This document shows, piece by piece, positions 40,601 to 53,327 of a stretch of DNA of 64,000 nucleotides (the first letter of the stretch is position 1; each line of letters starts with the position of its first letter). Origin of the DNA: Felis catus (Eukaryota); contig NC_058368.1 in NCBI RefSeq assembly GCF_018350175.1, forward strand, positions 155,746,001 through 155,810,000, given 5' to 3'. A program made the translations under genes and the position numbers. Below the pieces are notes generated by a model that ran no database searches, was not told where the DNA came from, and saw nothing but the letters and a program-made list of their open reading frames with translations.

Positions 40601-43073
40601 AAAGGCCACTCTAAATGTAATTCATCTTTTTAATCCACATAAAGTCAGACTAGTAACACCTGTCTGATTAAAAATATTACCTTTGTGAAGAAATATTTTA
40701 GTCATATATTTGCCATTTATCTGGGAAATAGTAAAAAAAAAAAAAAAGAAGTGAATAGTAAGTATGTAGATTATTTGTTCTACTCTATGAAGGGTAAATA
40801 AAGCATCCAGGGCTTGAGATAGGGTACAAAGAACGTTTCCATGGTTACATGCTTTCTCATATCAAATTAGAGCAGAATTTGTGTACAAGAGGTTTGTTGA
40901 CAGCCTACATAGGCCATAAAAAGAATAGAAGGCTAGGAGTTTGAAATCTAAATATATTCTGCAAAGTCTGTTGAGAAAAAGTTGGGTGAAGAAAGCAGCA
41001 TCAGGAGAGCAGCAGATTAGTTAAGAGTATCAGATGCCATTTCATAAAAAGATCATTTTTCTTTTAGATGTGGCTCGTACAAGTCTCTTCAAATATATGA
41101 TTAGCTACTCTTTTCTTCATTTCCACAAAGACACCTCAATCTGGTGTCCACCCAAGCTATTAAGAAGAGCCATTATTTGGCATGCAGCTAGAAGCATCAG
41201 CTTTACCACCTGCCCAATCTTGCAGATGTCACTCCACCACATTCAGGCTCAAACGTGTGGCCTTCAAAAGGAGTTAAAGGGCTGTTCCCACACAAGTGCT
41301 GGCCAAGCAAGACCTCTGTTGTACACCTGCCCCTATTATTCTTATGAGCCACTTAGTAGGAGTGAATTCTCTTTTACATACATGTTAAGAATTATAGATG
41401 GTTTAAACAGTATTTATAAATTATAAGATGGTCAGATGTATGGTCAAAGCAATGCCCAGTAATTGTGCCACAGCGGGGGTATTCTCACATGCTCAAATTG
41501 TTCTTTAAACACCAGCAAAGGCACTTGAATATTTGAGTAATTTCCTACTTTGTGAACTAGTCCACAAAGAATTGGACATTTTACTTATGTCTCCTATAGT
41601 TTTACTATATACAATTAGCAGTGGAATATTGTTTAAGATTACTAGATAGAGAAAACTTTGCTACTAAAACTGCTAAACTACCCAAGATTCTCTTTCACAA
41701 AGTATTTTAAAATATTTAAACTGTTTTAACAGCTTATAAGAACTAGAGTCAGATATACATAAAAACACATACTCACACATGACAGAAAACCGGATAATAA
41801 GCAGTTTCAAAAGAGAACCTGCTAAAATTAATCTCCCTATGTATTTTTCAATAAATATGGTGGCAATAACGTTTCAGTTATTGGTTTTCTGCTAAAAGTT
41901 ATACAGAAAGAAGAAGAACTAACAATGGCATAGAGTATAAATGATTCAAAGGAGCATAATGTACAAAAAAAATCAAGTATCAACCATTAAACTAAGAATT
42001 CTGTACATCAGGGTATATATAGTCCTATCCAAATAGCAGATTTTAAAAAGCACTGGCTTGATAAGAGTTGGTATATAAATCAGTACAACTTCTGATATGG
42101 TTAGCTCAATGATTTCAAATTAATAAAGTGAACACCAAAAATAGTGAAGAACACTTAACCACTTCCTTTCTCAAGCACAATTCCTGCATAGTTTTATCAG
42201 CTGTTGTTTTGTCCTGCATGGCTGTTTAATGAGTGTTTTTAGATCAGATGGATGGACACTTGGGAGGTACAGGTTGAAACAGATTTTTTAAAAAAAGTTC
42301 TAACTCATGGCAGAGTAAAAAGTATTTGTAAGGAAGGAAAGGAAAAATATGTGGGTGACAGCCAGACTACTGCACTACTCTGTAGACTAAGGGGAAAAGC
42401 AGTTACTAAACATCACAGTGATGCATGTCAGGACTAATGGCTAATGGTAACATGTACAGTGCAGAGTACGCCCTTGCACCAGGCACTATGTAAGTAATAA
42501 CTATGCTCTAAAATCATGGTCTGGCTGGGGAACAAACTGTATCTTTCAATTAACACCAGATGATCACACTGGCTATCTCTTAAGAAGACTCGATTGGATT
42601 AGGGAGACAATTCTTTGGTCCTACTGAAAGGTTAAGGAAAGGTTTTATTTTTCTCAGGTGATGATATTTATTGTGGGACATTATTCAAGTTCTGTGTAAT
42701 GTTTTAGAGTTGTTCCCTTTAAGGCACATGGCAAGCACAGCTATAGTTAAGAAATGGTCTAAAATTTATGAATTTCTGATGATTGAAAATGAGACTGCTA
42801 ACATTTAAAATTTTATCTCTTTGTGTATAACTAAAGGCCTTACTTCGTACTCTTGATTAAGTCTTAAAAATACACGGATCATATGTATAGTGCAGACATT
42901 TACAAACGCATTGTGTATGCAGATATTTACAAAAATATTTAACTGGTGAAGAATGAAATATATTCTCCAAATTTAGTTTTCATCTCAATCCCATTTGGGG
43001 AGACCCAAAGTTGTAAAATATAACAATCTGTTTTAGGCATACTCTAAAAGTAAAGTTCAAAATCTCTGAATGT

Positions 43074-43173
43074 TCTGTGTAAGTGACAAGTCACTAAATT
43101 CTACATGTGAAACTAATATTACACTGTATGTTAACGAACTGTGATTTAAATAAAAACGTGGAACTACAAAAAA
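43074..43173 (+). mobile_element. 100-bp LINE-1 3' end
   Basis: tcactaaattctac...gaaactaatattacactgtatg matches the L1 end at 1528-1570. TSD aaaatctctgaatgt at 43059-43073 and 43174-43188. Confidence 0.9.
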
Positions 43174-46100
43174 AAAATCTCTGAATGTCAAGAAGAAACT
43201 CTCATTTAAGCAGGTAGGTTGCTATACACCTGATAAGATTTTTCAATGGAGTTGAAGTCTTGAATGAGTGAGGCAGAAACAGAGGCCTCAACAACTAAAT
43301 GTATCAGGTCAGACTATACCAACAATCTTGGGTTAAAGATTAAGTGATTGTCTCTGTTTGCATAAAAGGGGTTCTCTTCTATTCCTTCTCAAACTCAGTA
43401 AAGTTCATTGTAAATTTCAATCTCTTGGTTCAGCAGTACCCAAAAACTAATACCATTACTTCTCTCAGTTATCCTGGTTAAACAAATTCAATGCCTTCCT
43501 TGTAGATTTCAAAAGAAATACTGGTTATCTTCTGCAAAATCCAAGCAAAATCTTTTGCAAGCACCCTAAAAATATACATAATATATCTTGATACTCTTTT
43601 ACTGACAGACTTCAGAATAAAAGGAAACAGTACTTTTTAAAATGCTAAAATATTGCCAAATGCCATATTCCTTGAGGCTACCCGAATCACTTGAATTAAA
43701 AAGGCCTTGTATAACACTATGATTCATTATTATATTATTTATATGAAAAGAAAATAGTAAAAGATAGCCAACACAGGAAGGAGCTGACATGGCAAGTCTT
43801 TTCTGTTTCACATTTCATATTTTCTCTATTAAAGGGTGGTCAGATAGATGTTTGCTACTGGAACCAACAAAGCTTAGATTATAAAGTCATAACTAGAAGG
43901 AAATATTCCACTTGCTTTTCTACAAAAATTTTGCATTTGTTTTTTCTCTCTCCATTTTTGAACCACCAAACCACCAATGATTTTTTTTTAATTATCAACA
44001 TAAAGAGAAGAGGCTATGAGATGGTTGAAAGGGCATGAATTGAATTTGCATTCAGAAGATTTGGTTTCTACTTTTATCTTGGCCTTTTACTAGCTATGAT
44101 ATCTTGGACAAATTCCTCAAAACACCCCAACCCTCAATTTCCACAACTGTGTAATAGGAATGATGACAAGTGATGCCTTATCTTAAAAAAAAAAAAAAAT
44201 GAGGGAAAACATTTCACACAAGTGTCAAATGCCATAAAATGCTAGTTTTTATCCTAACAAAAGGTCAAATTATCAAAATTACATAAAAAAGCTTCAGGAT
44301 ATGCTAATGTTAATCTGAAATGTAAACACCTTAAAATTATTTACATTTCACTGTATTAATATTTAATTATATTAGATATGCAATAACTGAATAGATAACT
44401 TGGTACTCTATTTCTTACTAATCCAATAAGACTATGGTAAATTTGCTAATTGATGAAACAAATTATTTTTAGTAAACCAGCAATCTAAGCATAGATCAGG
44501 TATTTTGGGGGAAAAATGGATCTTCAGGATGTAAGAGGAGCCCTATGAAATGCTTTACCTATCCTTGCAAATACTTATGGTAGTTATTTTTCCCTAGCTG
44601 CCCTTGTCAACTATCAGTGAATACTAATATTTTATTTCAACAGATTTGGGGCAATTGTTTTCTCCCTCTCTCTAATGTATATAGACACATGTGAGTACAC
44701 ATGCACACAAATGCAAACACACACAATCTAAGTATAACTCCAAAGTCAAAGTATGGTTTGCAATATTACTGTGTTTAGCGAATGCACAGAATCTGCTGCT
44801 TAACTTTGTGCCAACAATTCTGGGAGTCAGCCAGAGTCAGAGTAATAAAGGAGAGGTCCTCGTAAGCTTCCCTGCTGTGAAAGCATTCCTAATAAGAGAT
44901 ACTCAAGTGAATGATTAATTTTGATTCTGTAACTCATAACATATTATGAGTATATAAACAAAATCCAAAAAATCTACATACTTAAAAAAAAGCCTTTAGG
45001 ATAAATGAAAAAATTTTCTATCACTTCAATCAATTATACTTAAGAATTGTTATTTTCAGATGCTAATGTTTATTTTCAAAGCAACATCCCCCAACTATAA
45101 TTCCCACACTCAATTTCAACTCTAGTAGTATAATGTTTAAAATACTCCAGTATTCTTTCTGAGACTGCAGTATCTAATAGGACAGTAATGGCATTTAGGA
45201 TTTTTGGTTCACAAAGATGAAGTGCAGACTCCTGAAATTCCAAAACTATGTAAATGAATTATTTAATATTCTCTAGATAAAACAGACTGTTATTTATACC
45301 AGAATTTTATTTGTAGTTTCAACATGTCTGGTTACTGACAAAGTCAAGACTGTGTTAAATTGTTTTTAAGAAAAAAATTTCCTTTTCACATCCTTACAAG
45401 TAACATTAAACCTGCTGATTGTGCTGGGGAAAAAAAAAAGGTGCAGTTTATATTTTCCTTTACTGATATAAGTTGTCTTCAAATAGAATGCTTAGGAAGA
45501 AATACGCATCGCAGTCAATTTTAAATGCATGCTGTAATTCGCTTATGTTTTAATATTTTATTTACAATCAAAATAGTCATTTAAAAATTTCTTCTTTAAT
45601 ATGGTAAACAATTGAAAGAAAACAAAAATGAGAATTTTTAAAAAGGCAAAAAGTTGAACAGGCGTGAATCTGTCTTACTGGCTGAGTATATCCTATCACC
45701 ATATATTCAACAGAAGAGTTAAAATACATTACTCCCATTTACCTGAACCAAATTTTAAAACAACTTATGGGGACTCTAGAAGGATGCTATGCACAAAGCA
45801 AGCACTCAGTAGATGTTCTGATGAATATAAATCAATGAAAAAGAAAATTTAAGTTGCATAAGAAAAGAGAACATTAAGAATAATATCTAGACTGGGAACT
45901 TAGCCCAATTATTTTACTGTTGTAGTCATTCTCCAAATAAGATATGTTAAACTATAATAAAAAATATTAGTAAATGGCTACATACTATATTTTAGATGAC
46001 ACATACAAAATATATTGTTATATTGAAGGTATGAGATACAAACATCATTTCAAGAAAATTCATCATATTTGATAACAATATCATTTGATACAATAAAGTC

Positions 46101-47261
46101 ATAATACAAAAATATTTTATACTTTACTGAAATTTTAATTAAATTAAACCATTTTTCTAAGTATGCTGCTTTGAATATGCAGCTTTGAGGTATCTGGCTA
46201 AAGAGTATCCAATAACACTACCAAGTATTAACCTTACTACCTTTTTTCCATTAGAATTTAATGGTAAGTTTTTTTTTTAAGTAAATTTTATAAGCAGTTC
46301 TAAACAGAACTATCCTATATTGTACTGAACATTAATAAAGTAAGAGCATATTACCTAATAAATCCCAATTTAAGGGAGGGAGATGATTAAGCAAAAGTAG
46401 TAGAATTGCATTTCTAAGGAATGTGAGGTGTCATCTCACTTAACAGAATCATCTTCAAACTCAGTAAGGTTATCTTTCTAAAAGCCAACTTTATTCCAAT
46501 TTTTTAAAATGGAAGAGCTACTGTATCAAAAATGAGTGAAAATGTTCAGAATTTGTCTCCTAAGAATGCTGCTAAAATGAGCAAAATGAACCCTAAACTT
46601 CAAACTTAAGAATTTGAGAATTTTTCCTGACAAAATGCTAAAACAAAAGCTTTTTGAGAGATTTTAATAAAAGGTAGTTACTCTGATAGAGAAATTGCAC
46701 ATAACAAAGTATACCTCCAAATTTTCAAACATATCTTAATTATATAATAAAATAATTGAATATTGTGATAAACCATTATTTAATTATATATCATAGGGAA
46801 TTATTTGCCATGTAAAATATTTAATGGGCATGCCAGTATGTTTCTCCTTCCTAAGTGCCACTTTAATGGAGGATACCAGTTTGTGATTTTAAAAGATAAA
46901 TAATGTGAAACAAAGAGTATATAGAAAAGTTATCTTTTCAGTAATAGCTATATTAAATAAATGAAATTGGCTTAAGAGGCATGATTCACTTGTCAATTAT
47001 TTTTATATTATGAATGAACCATAATTAACCAAGGTAAAAATGAATAATCTTGAAAAATGAAAAATTTATAAATTCCTGAAGCCCCTAAGCAAAAGTATTA
47101 TATCCAGAGACTATAAAAATGTTTCCCAAGATCAAGTTCTTCTTGAGCTCAATCACATATATTTTTACTTCCCCATGACCACCTCTGCCCCCTGCTGCCC
47201 ATAAATTTTAGTCTAGTCTAATATTTTAAAATAGACTCCTTAAGTAAAAACTATAGGAGGT

Positions 47262-47266
<5 letters not shown>

Positions 47267-47307
<41 letters not shown>

Positions 47308-47345
47308 CACATGCACATGCACACACACACACATACACACACGCA
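47267..47345. repeat. Interrupted (CA)n microsatellite
   Basis: Directly visible. Confidence 0.93.
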
Positions 47346-50300
47346 CTATTCACAAAAGCCTAAAACAACCCGAACTGAAGATATTTAAGGTTTGGGTTTT
47401 TTTTTTTTTTCCCTAGGCATATTTTCTTTCTTTTTTTCCTGTAGAATAAATGGCTAAAAATATAACTGGGCCACTCCACTCAAATTAAAATATAGAACCA
47501 AGAACAAAACCAATGTAGTTCTTTTTCTACTGGAAAGTAGATAATTATCTGTGGGACATTTTTTTGGTCTTACAAAAGGTCTTTAAATTTTTCACAGAGG
47601 AAGATACTTTTCTATGCTTAAAAAATTACTAACTCTAGCTATTCAAACCTAATGTTTAAAAAATTGCTGTAAAGAGAACAAGTATTAACTAAATGAATTA
47701 TCAGAACGTCTGACTTGTTTACTTTTAAATACATTCAAATATTTGTTAACTACACTAACAAAGCTGACAGCAAATAGTTACATTTATTCTCTAGCTAGAG
47801 ATATATATTAATGATTTCATGCATTTATTAAATATTTATCCCAACGAAACTGAATGATACAACAAAAGACAGCATTATAGAAGACATACAGAGCAGCAAA
47901 TAAACGGACATTCTTATTACTTAAAAGTTATTGCTTATTATCTATTTTGTGCCAAAGTATATTTCCCAGGAGTATCAATTATATAAATATGTAATCCTTT
48001 ACAGGCTTAAAAAATGAATCTGATATGAAAGACTATAAAGGCCAAAATGCTGAAAAAAGTATAAATAAATGCTTTTTAAACATTCAATGATATACGTTCT
48101 TTAGAGCATGATTCTAAAAATGTTCAGGAAAATTACTTCTAAAGTAATTAAGATATTTCACACTAATATATAAAGAGTACTTTATTGGGTATATTTACTT
48201 AGTTAAAAATAAGCATATCTCTAGATGTTTTTGAAAAGAGAGCAAGAAACAAACAAAAAGCCACGAATGTTTTAATGATAAAAGATCTTAAAAATATGTA
48301 TTATCCTACTTTAGTTTTTCACTAGACATATCTGACCTGATCAGAAATAGAACATTATAAATACTGCTCAAATATAATGCATTTGGTATTGTGACATGTA
48401 ACTAGCACAAAAGCTCTTTCTTTAATCAAGCAATCATAATTGTCAAGGCATATGCAAAGAATGAGACCTAAAATACAAGTTAACATTTTAAACTACAGGG
48501 AAAAAACACATTATTTCATATGCTATGCTCTCAAGAAGACATTTCTATTGCAATTTTCTTACTGCTATTGTGACAGGGGAAAAAATTCTAATAGCTTCAG
48601 AATCATATGTATTCAGCTTTTTTTTAACATCTATAAAACATAAAAACAGTTTAATGTTCATTTCCTACAAGAATCCACATTCAAAAGACAGTCATCAGAA
48701 TTTACTACATGTGAGATAAGTAATATTGACAGAGTTTTCTAGCTTAACATTTCCTTTGAATCTTCTCGTTTTTGTTTAACATTATTATATATCGGAAGAG
48801 TACATTTCTTTTTGTTATAGTGTGCTGATTCACAGCATTTAGAGAAATATTAAGTTCTCTGTAGAAATACAGAAAACTTTCCTATGTAGACTGATAAGAT
48901 TGAAAATAGAATTTGCATTATGGAAATTAAGAATCTGGCAGCAATAATAATAGCTTTTGGAACTACCTAATTTGAAGGTAAAAAGACTCAGAATACTGTA
49001 AATTTAAATCCAACCCTTCCAACTCCTTTCCTTTGTTATAATATATCTGAATACATTTTTTACCAGGATTTCTTTAATCCAAAAAAAAAAAAAAAAAACC
49101 CACACACTATTATTTGGCTTGGATTACTCTCGAAATATTTGTGTATGTTATTGTGCTACTGACCTCATGAAAGAAAAACTTAACTAGAAAAGACCTTCAA
49201 GGAAGACTTCTTTGGAAATCTTGAGGAATACACAGAGTTACTGAATTAAAGAAAAAAGATCATTTGAATGTTTAATGCATCTGAAACATTTATATCTATA
49301 AAGCAGATGAGACAAAACAAGCTAACACAAGGAAAAGATTTGCCTTTTTATAGTTTACTGAGTTAGTTGCCCTCCACCCCACCCAAATATAGTTCATAGA
49401 AATCACACGCCTAACAAAGTTCTTTTTAACCAGTATCTGAGATCTGAGTTATTGTATGTTACTCTTCTCTTTCTTTGATCTTCCTTAGTACTCCGCTCAC
49501 CGTTAACTGTCCTGGGTGGTCTCCCATCAGAGTTTAGTGATTGGTATCCCTCTCTATTGGCTGCCTTCTAGGGATTCCTATCAGCTGTATTCTTACATGC
49601 ATGTGACAACTTTATTAGCTCACTCAGGTTGTGCTTCAGACCATCTCCATAGCACATACACCCTTCCTCAAACAATCACACTTTTGTAGTTGACTTAGAA
49701 CAAATAATTATATGAACACTTCAGCTGTTATACTCAATAATAAAGTCGAAATGAAGAGAAATTTCACATTATGTATAAGTCAGGGCTTGGTTTTCATGTT
49801 CAGACTAAAAAAAATCAATTCCAGATTGATTTTTGTGTATATATCGTTATTGTCAGAGGATTAATTGATGAATTTTTCATTTGATGAGTCAGGTGGAATA
49901 AGCTCTGAGGCACTTAGTGAGCAGAATCCTAATTTACTCTGGTTCTTCACACTCTGCAAAACTCATCAATTTTGATATTTTATCATAATTTACTTGTTCC
50001 CAAATGTTGAGAATAAGGTTCTGAAGCAAAATAAAAGGTATCAGTACTGTGAGTATCTTTGTGCTTACACATTATACAATTAATGTAATCTGGATTTTGA
50101 AAGTGTAATTATACTTTTTGAAAGTTATTAAACCTTTAATTCATTCTATCCACTTTGACTTTTTATTTCATCATGATTTAAATCTCCACTGTATATATAG
50201 CTAATTTCCATCTACTACCTATTATCTGCAAAGCAAATACAACAACCCTCCAAATATACCATACTTATAACCTAACAGTGTCAAATGAGACATAAAAAAT

Positions 50301-52092
50301 ACAGAAATCTTGTTTTGGTCATGAAGAAGGCATATTCCCATGATAAGCAAAAATGCTAAGATTACTGAATAAAATGTTTACTAAGAAAAATTAAATGCAT
50401 TTTACTGACCAAACATCACATTTTCTAAAAAACTGATTTAGGATTTCATCTTATCTTTCAAGTATGTCACAAGATTAAAAAGAAAAAAGAATTCTTCAAC
50501 ATATGTTATTTAACACAAAATAATATTTTAGAATGTAGCTATGCTTTCCAAAGGTAATCTGCCACACCTCTAAGATCTTTTATGCATTAATTTTCATGTA
50601 AGGAAAGCAAGCTAGTTTTAAAAAGAGAAATTGAGTGAACATATTATCTTTGAATATGTATCCAAACTGCCATAACTAACTATATCAAAGTTTTTTCAAA
50701 GATAACTTTCTTCTCCCTTTGGAGTTTGCATTTGGGTTATCTTTTTCCAATAATGTCTTTTGACCTTTAGTATTTTCCTTACATTTTTCTTTTTGTCTGC
50801 ATTTTCTCCCCCTGGTGCTAAGTCCTTGTTCTTATTCTAAGGCTGGTGAAACCAAATGTGGTGGACTGCTCTGATTCCCCACATTTAATCTTTCTTTAAA
50901 AAGTCCTATATGTAGAGCATCTATAGTCAAAAGGACTGCAACAGCCTCCTTCTGAGTTTAAACTAATCAACTGGATTTTCAGTCAGCCAGGAGAAAACTC
51001 AGTTATGATGTTCTTAGTCTCCCAGTGCTGTGAATTGTCTTCACAGAACTATCAGCATCAAGGATAGGGAGCAAGGGGTCATGTTCAACTAAGACTAATA
51101 TAACCTCCTACTTCTCTATTCTTGCAAGCTTCTCCTTTTCTACCTCTATGACCTTGCCACTTTCCTTCATTACTTTGTCCTCCTTAGATACTAGAGCCAA
51201 TAACGATAGCATCTGCACAAGAGAATAGCTTGGAGCGTGATACAAATGAAACTGATTCCAAGTCAGTTTTACTGGCCTATTGCCTACCTCCTTAGAAATG
51301 AATACAAGAGAACTTGGATTATTTGAGCACAACCTTTGTCTCAAGTTCAGAATTGTCTCTTAAAAATCAGACTCCTGTGAGTTTTGGCATGGAGGCATAA
51401 TCAAATTCTGACAACACAACTTTTCTATTTACTCCAAGTAACTTTCCTTTTGGTTAATTCATACCAGCTTCTTAATAGCCACTTTTTAGCCTGTGTAACA
51501 AACTAAAATTTATGGTTGTCACTTCAATATTAACTTCTACAAACATTATGCTAAAGTCTAATATGAAGGAGTACAATGTTCCTTAAAATCATTATAGTGA
51601 ATAAACTATCATAACATTGAATAAACTAATCCCACTAACCTAGAGCAAAACAAATTTTTAATAATATACTGGAAAGAACTTGGTTTTAGAGTGTAGAACA
51701 CACCAAGCCACATTCTCAATATTAGTCTGTGTAAAATAGCTCCCTCTCTTAAAGCAAGAATATCCCTTCACAGAAGACTCCCATTACAAAGTTGACAATC
51801 CCATTAATTTAGACCATTGTTTCTACTCAAAAAAGTCAAAATAGATAATCTAAAATCAGATAAATCTGCTAGGTCTTACCAGCTATTATAAAAGGTATAA
51901 GTAATGGTCAAGAGTAGGGTTTGAAAATCTGTGGATTTTTACTTGTTAGCACCACTTTAATTTCTGTTACTACAGCTAATATAGAACTACTAGATTTAAG
52001 AAAACAACGTGAATGTGAAGAGAAGGACCAGAAAGCAAAATATTGACTTTGCTCTTAGATCAGAGTAATCTGTGATGCAATGAAAATGTTTT

Positions 52093-52313
52093 CTTTTTAA
52101 TTTTTTTAACATTTTTATTTAGTTTTGAGAGACAGAGAGAGACAGAGTGTGAATGGTGGAGGGGCAGAGAGAGAGGGAGACACAAAATCTGAAGCAGGCT
52201 CCAGGCTCTGAGCTGTCAGCACAGAGCCTGAGGGGGTCTCGAATCCATGAACTATGACATTATGAGCTGAGCCAAAGTCAGACCCTTAACCGACTGAGCC
52301 ACCAAGGTGCCCC
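52093..52313 (-). mobile_element. CanSINE, full length; 3' part of the composite insertion
   Basis: Tail, (GA)n and head ctgagccaccaaggtgcccc. Confidence 0.93.
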
Positions 52314-52612
52314 TTGTTCTGTTCCTTCAAAGGTCTTCTTACACTTGCCAATGCCATTCTAGTGTAATTTCTGAGACTCTATTGTACATTTAGTATCTGG
52401 CAGTGCTTTAACATAGTAATAGTCCTCATTTTATTCTTCAATTCTCCTCCTTCCTCACACACCAATTTAAGATTAAAAATGCAGTACTTTTAACTGCCAC
52501 CACCACCACCAATTTTTCTCTCTTCCTCTCTCTCCCTTTCTCCTATTTCTGTCTTAACACAATGTTAGAATATAGAGATTATAATTGTTTACATCAGAGG
52601 GTGTTGAGGGGC

Positions 52613-52720
52613 CTGAGCTGTCAGCACCGAGCCTGATGAAAGGCTCGAACCCATGAACTATGAGATCATGACCTGAGCCGATGATGGATGCTCAACCGAC
52701 TGAGCCACCCAGCAGCCTCA
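52613..52720 (-). mobile_element. CanSINE 5' half only; 5' part of the composite insertion
   Basis: Head through ...gctgacagctcag, with no (CT)n tract and no tail. Confidence 0.9.
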
Positions 52721-52781
52721 CAATGAAAATGTTTTTAAGGTTCAACAATGTCAAAAGCATTAATAAGAATTCATATTTCTT

Positions 52782-53327
52782 GGAAGATATGGTATATATA
52801 TATATGTATATATATATGTGTGTATATATATACATATATATATATACATATATATATAAAATGGAATATATAACGGAATATTACTCAGCCATAAAAAGGA
52901 ATGAAACCTAGTTCTTGTAGGGATAATGCTAAATGAAATAAGTCAGACAGAGAGAGACAAATACAAAGGATTTCACTTAGATGTTGAATCTAAAAAAACA
53001 ACAACAAAGAAATACACAAAGAAACAAACAAAAAAATGAACTCTTAAATACAGAGAATTAATGGTTGCCAGACAAGACGTGGGTGAGTGGGATGGGCAAA
53101 ATAGGTGAAGGGGATTAAGAGGTAGAAACTTACAGTTGTAAAATAAGTAAGTCACTTGATGAAACTACAGCATAGAGAATATAGTCAATAACACTGTGAT
53201 AACATCTGATGACAGATGGTGACCTTACTTATTGTGGTGAGCCTTGAGTAATTTATAGAATTAGCAAATAGCTGTGCTATGCACCTGAAACTTACATAAC
53301 ATTGTATGTCAATCTACTTCAATAAAA
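52782..53327 (+). mobile_element. Older LINE-1 3' end containing an expanded (TA)n tract at about 52793-52858
   Basis: gaatattactcagccataaaaaggaatgaa; atgctaaatgaaataagtcagacagag. TSD aagaat(t/c)catatttctt at 52765-52781 and 53328-53344. Confidence 0.9.

Noticed and set aside
49511..49537. Short similarity to 5S rRNA (ggtctcccatc), suggesting AmnSINE or a 5S relic
   Set aside because: The match is only about 11 nt and does not extend.
50700..51450. Possible ancient CR1/L3 relic
   Set aside because: This is only a compositional impression with no motif I can anchor; it needs a Dfam search.
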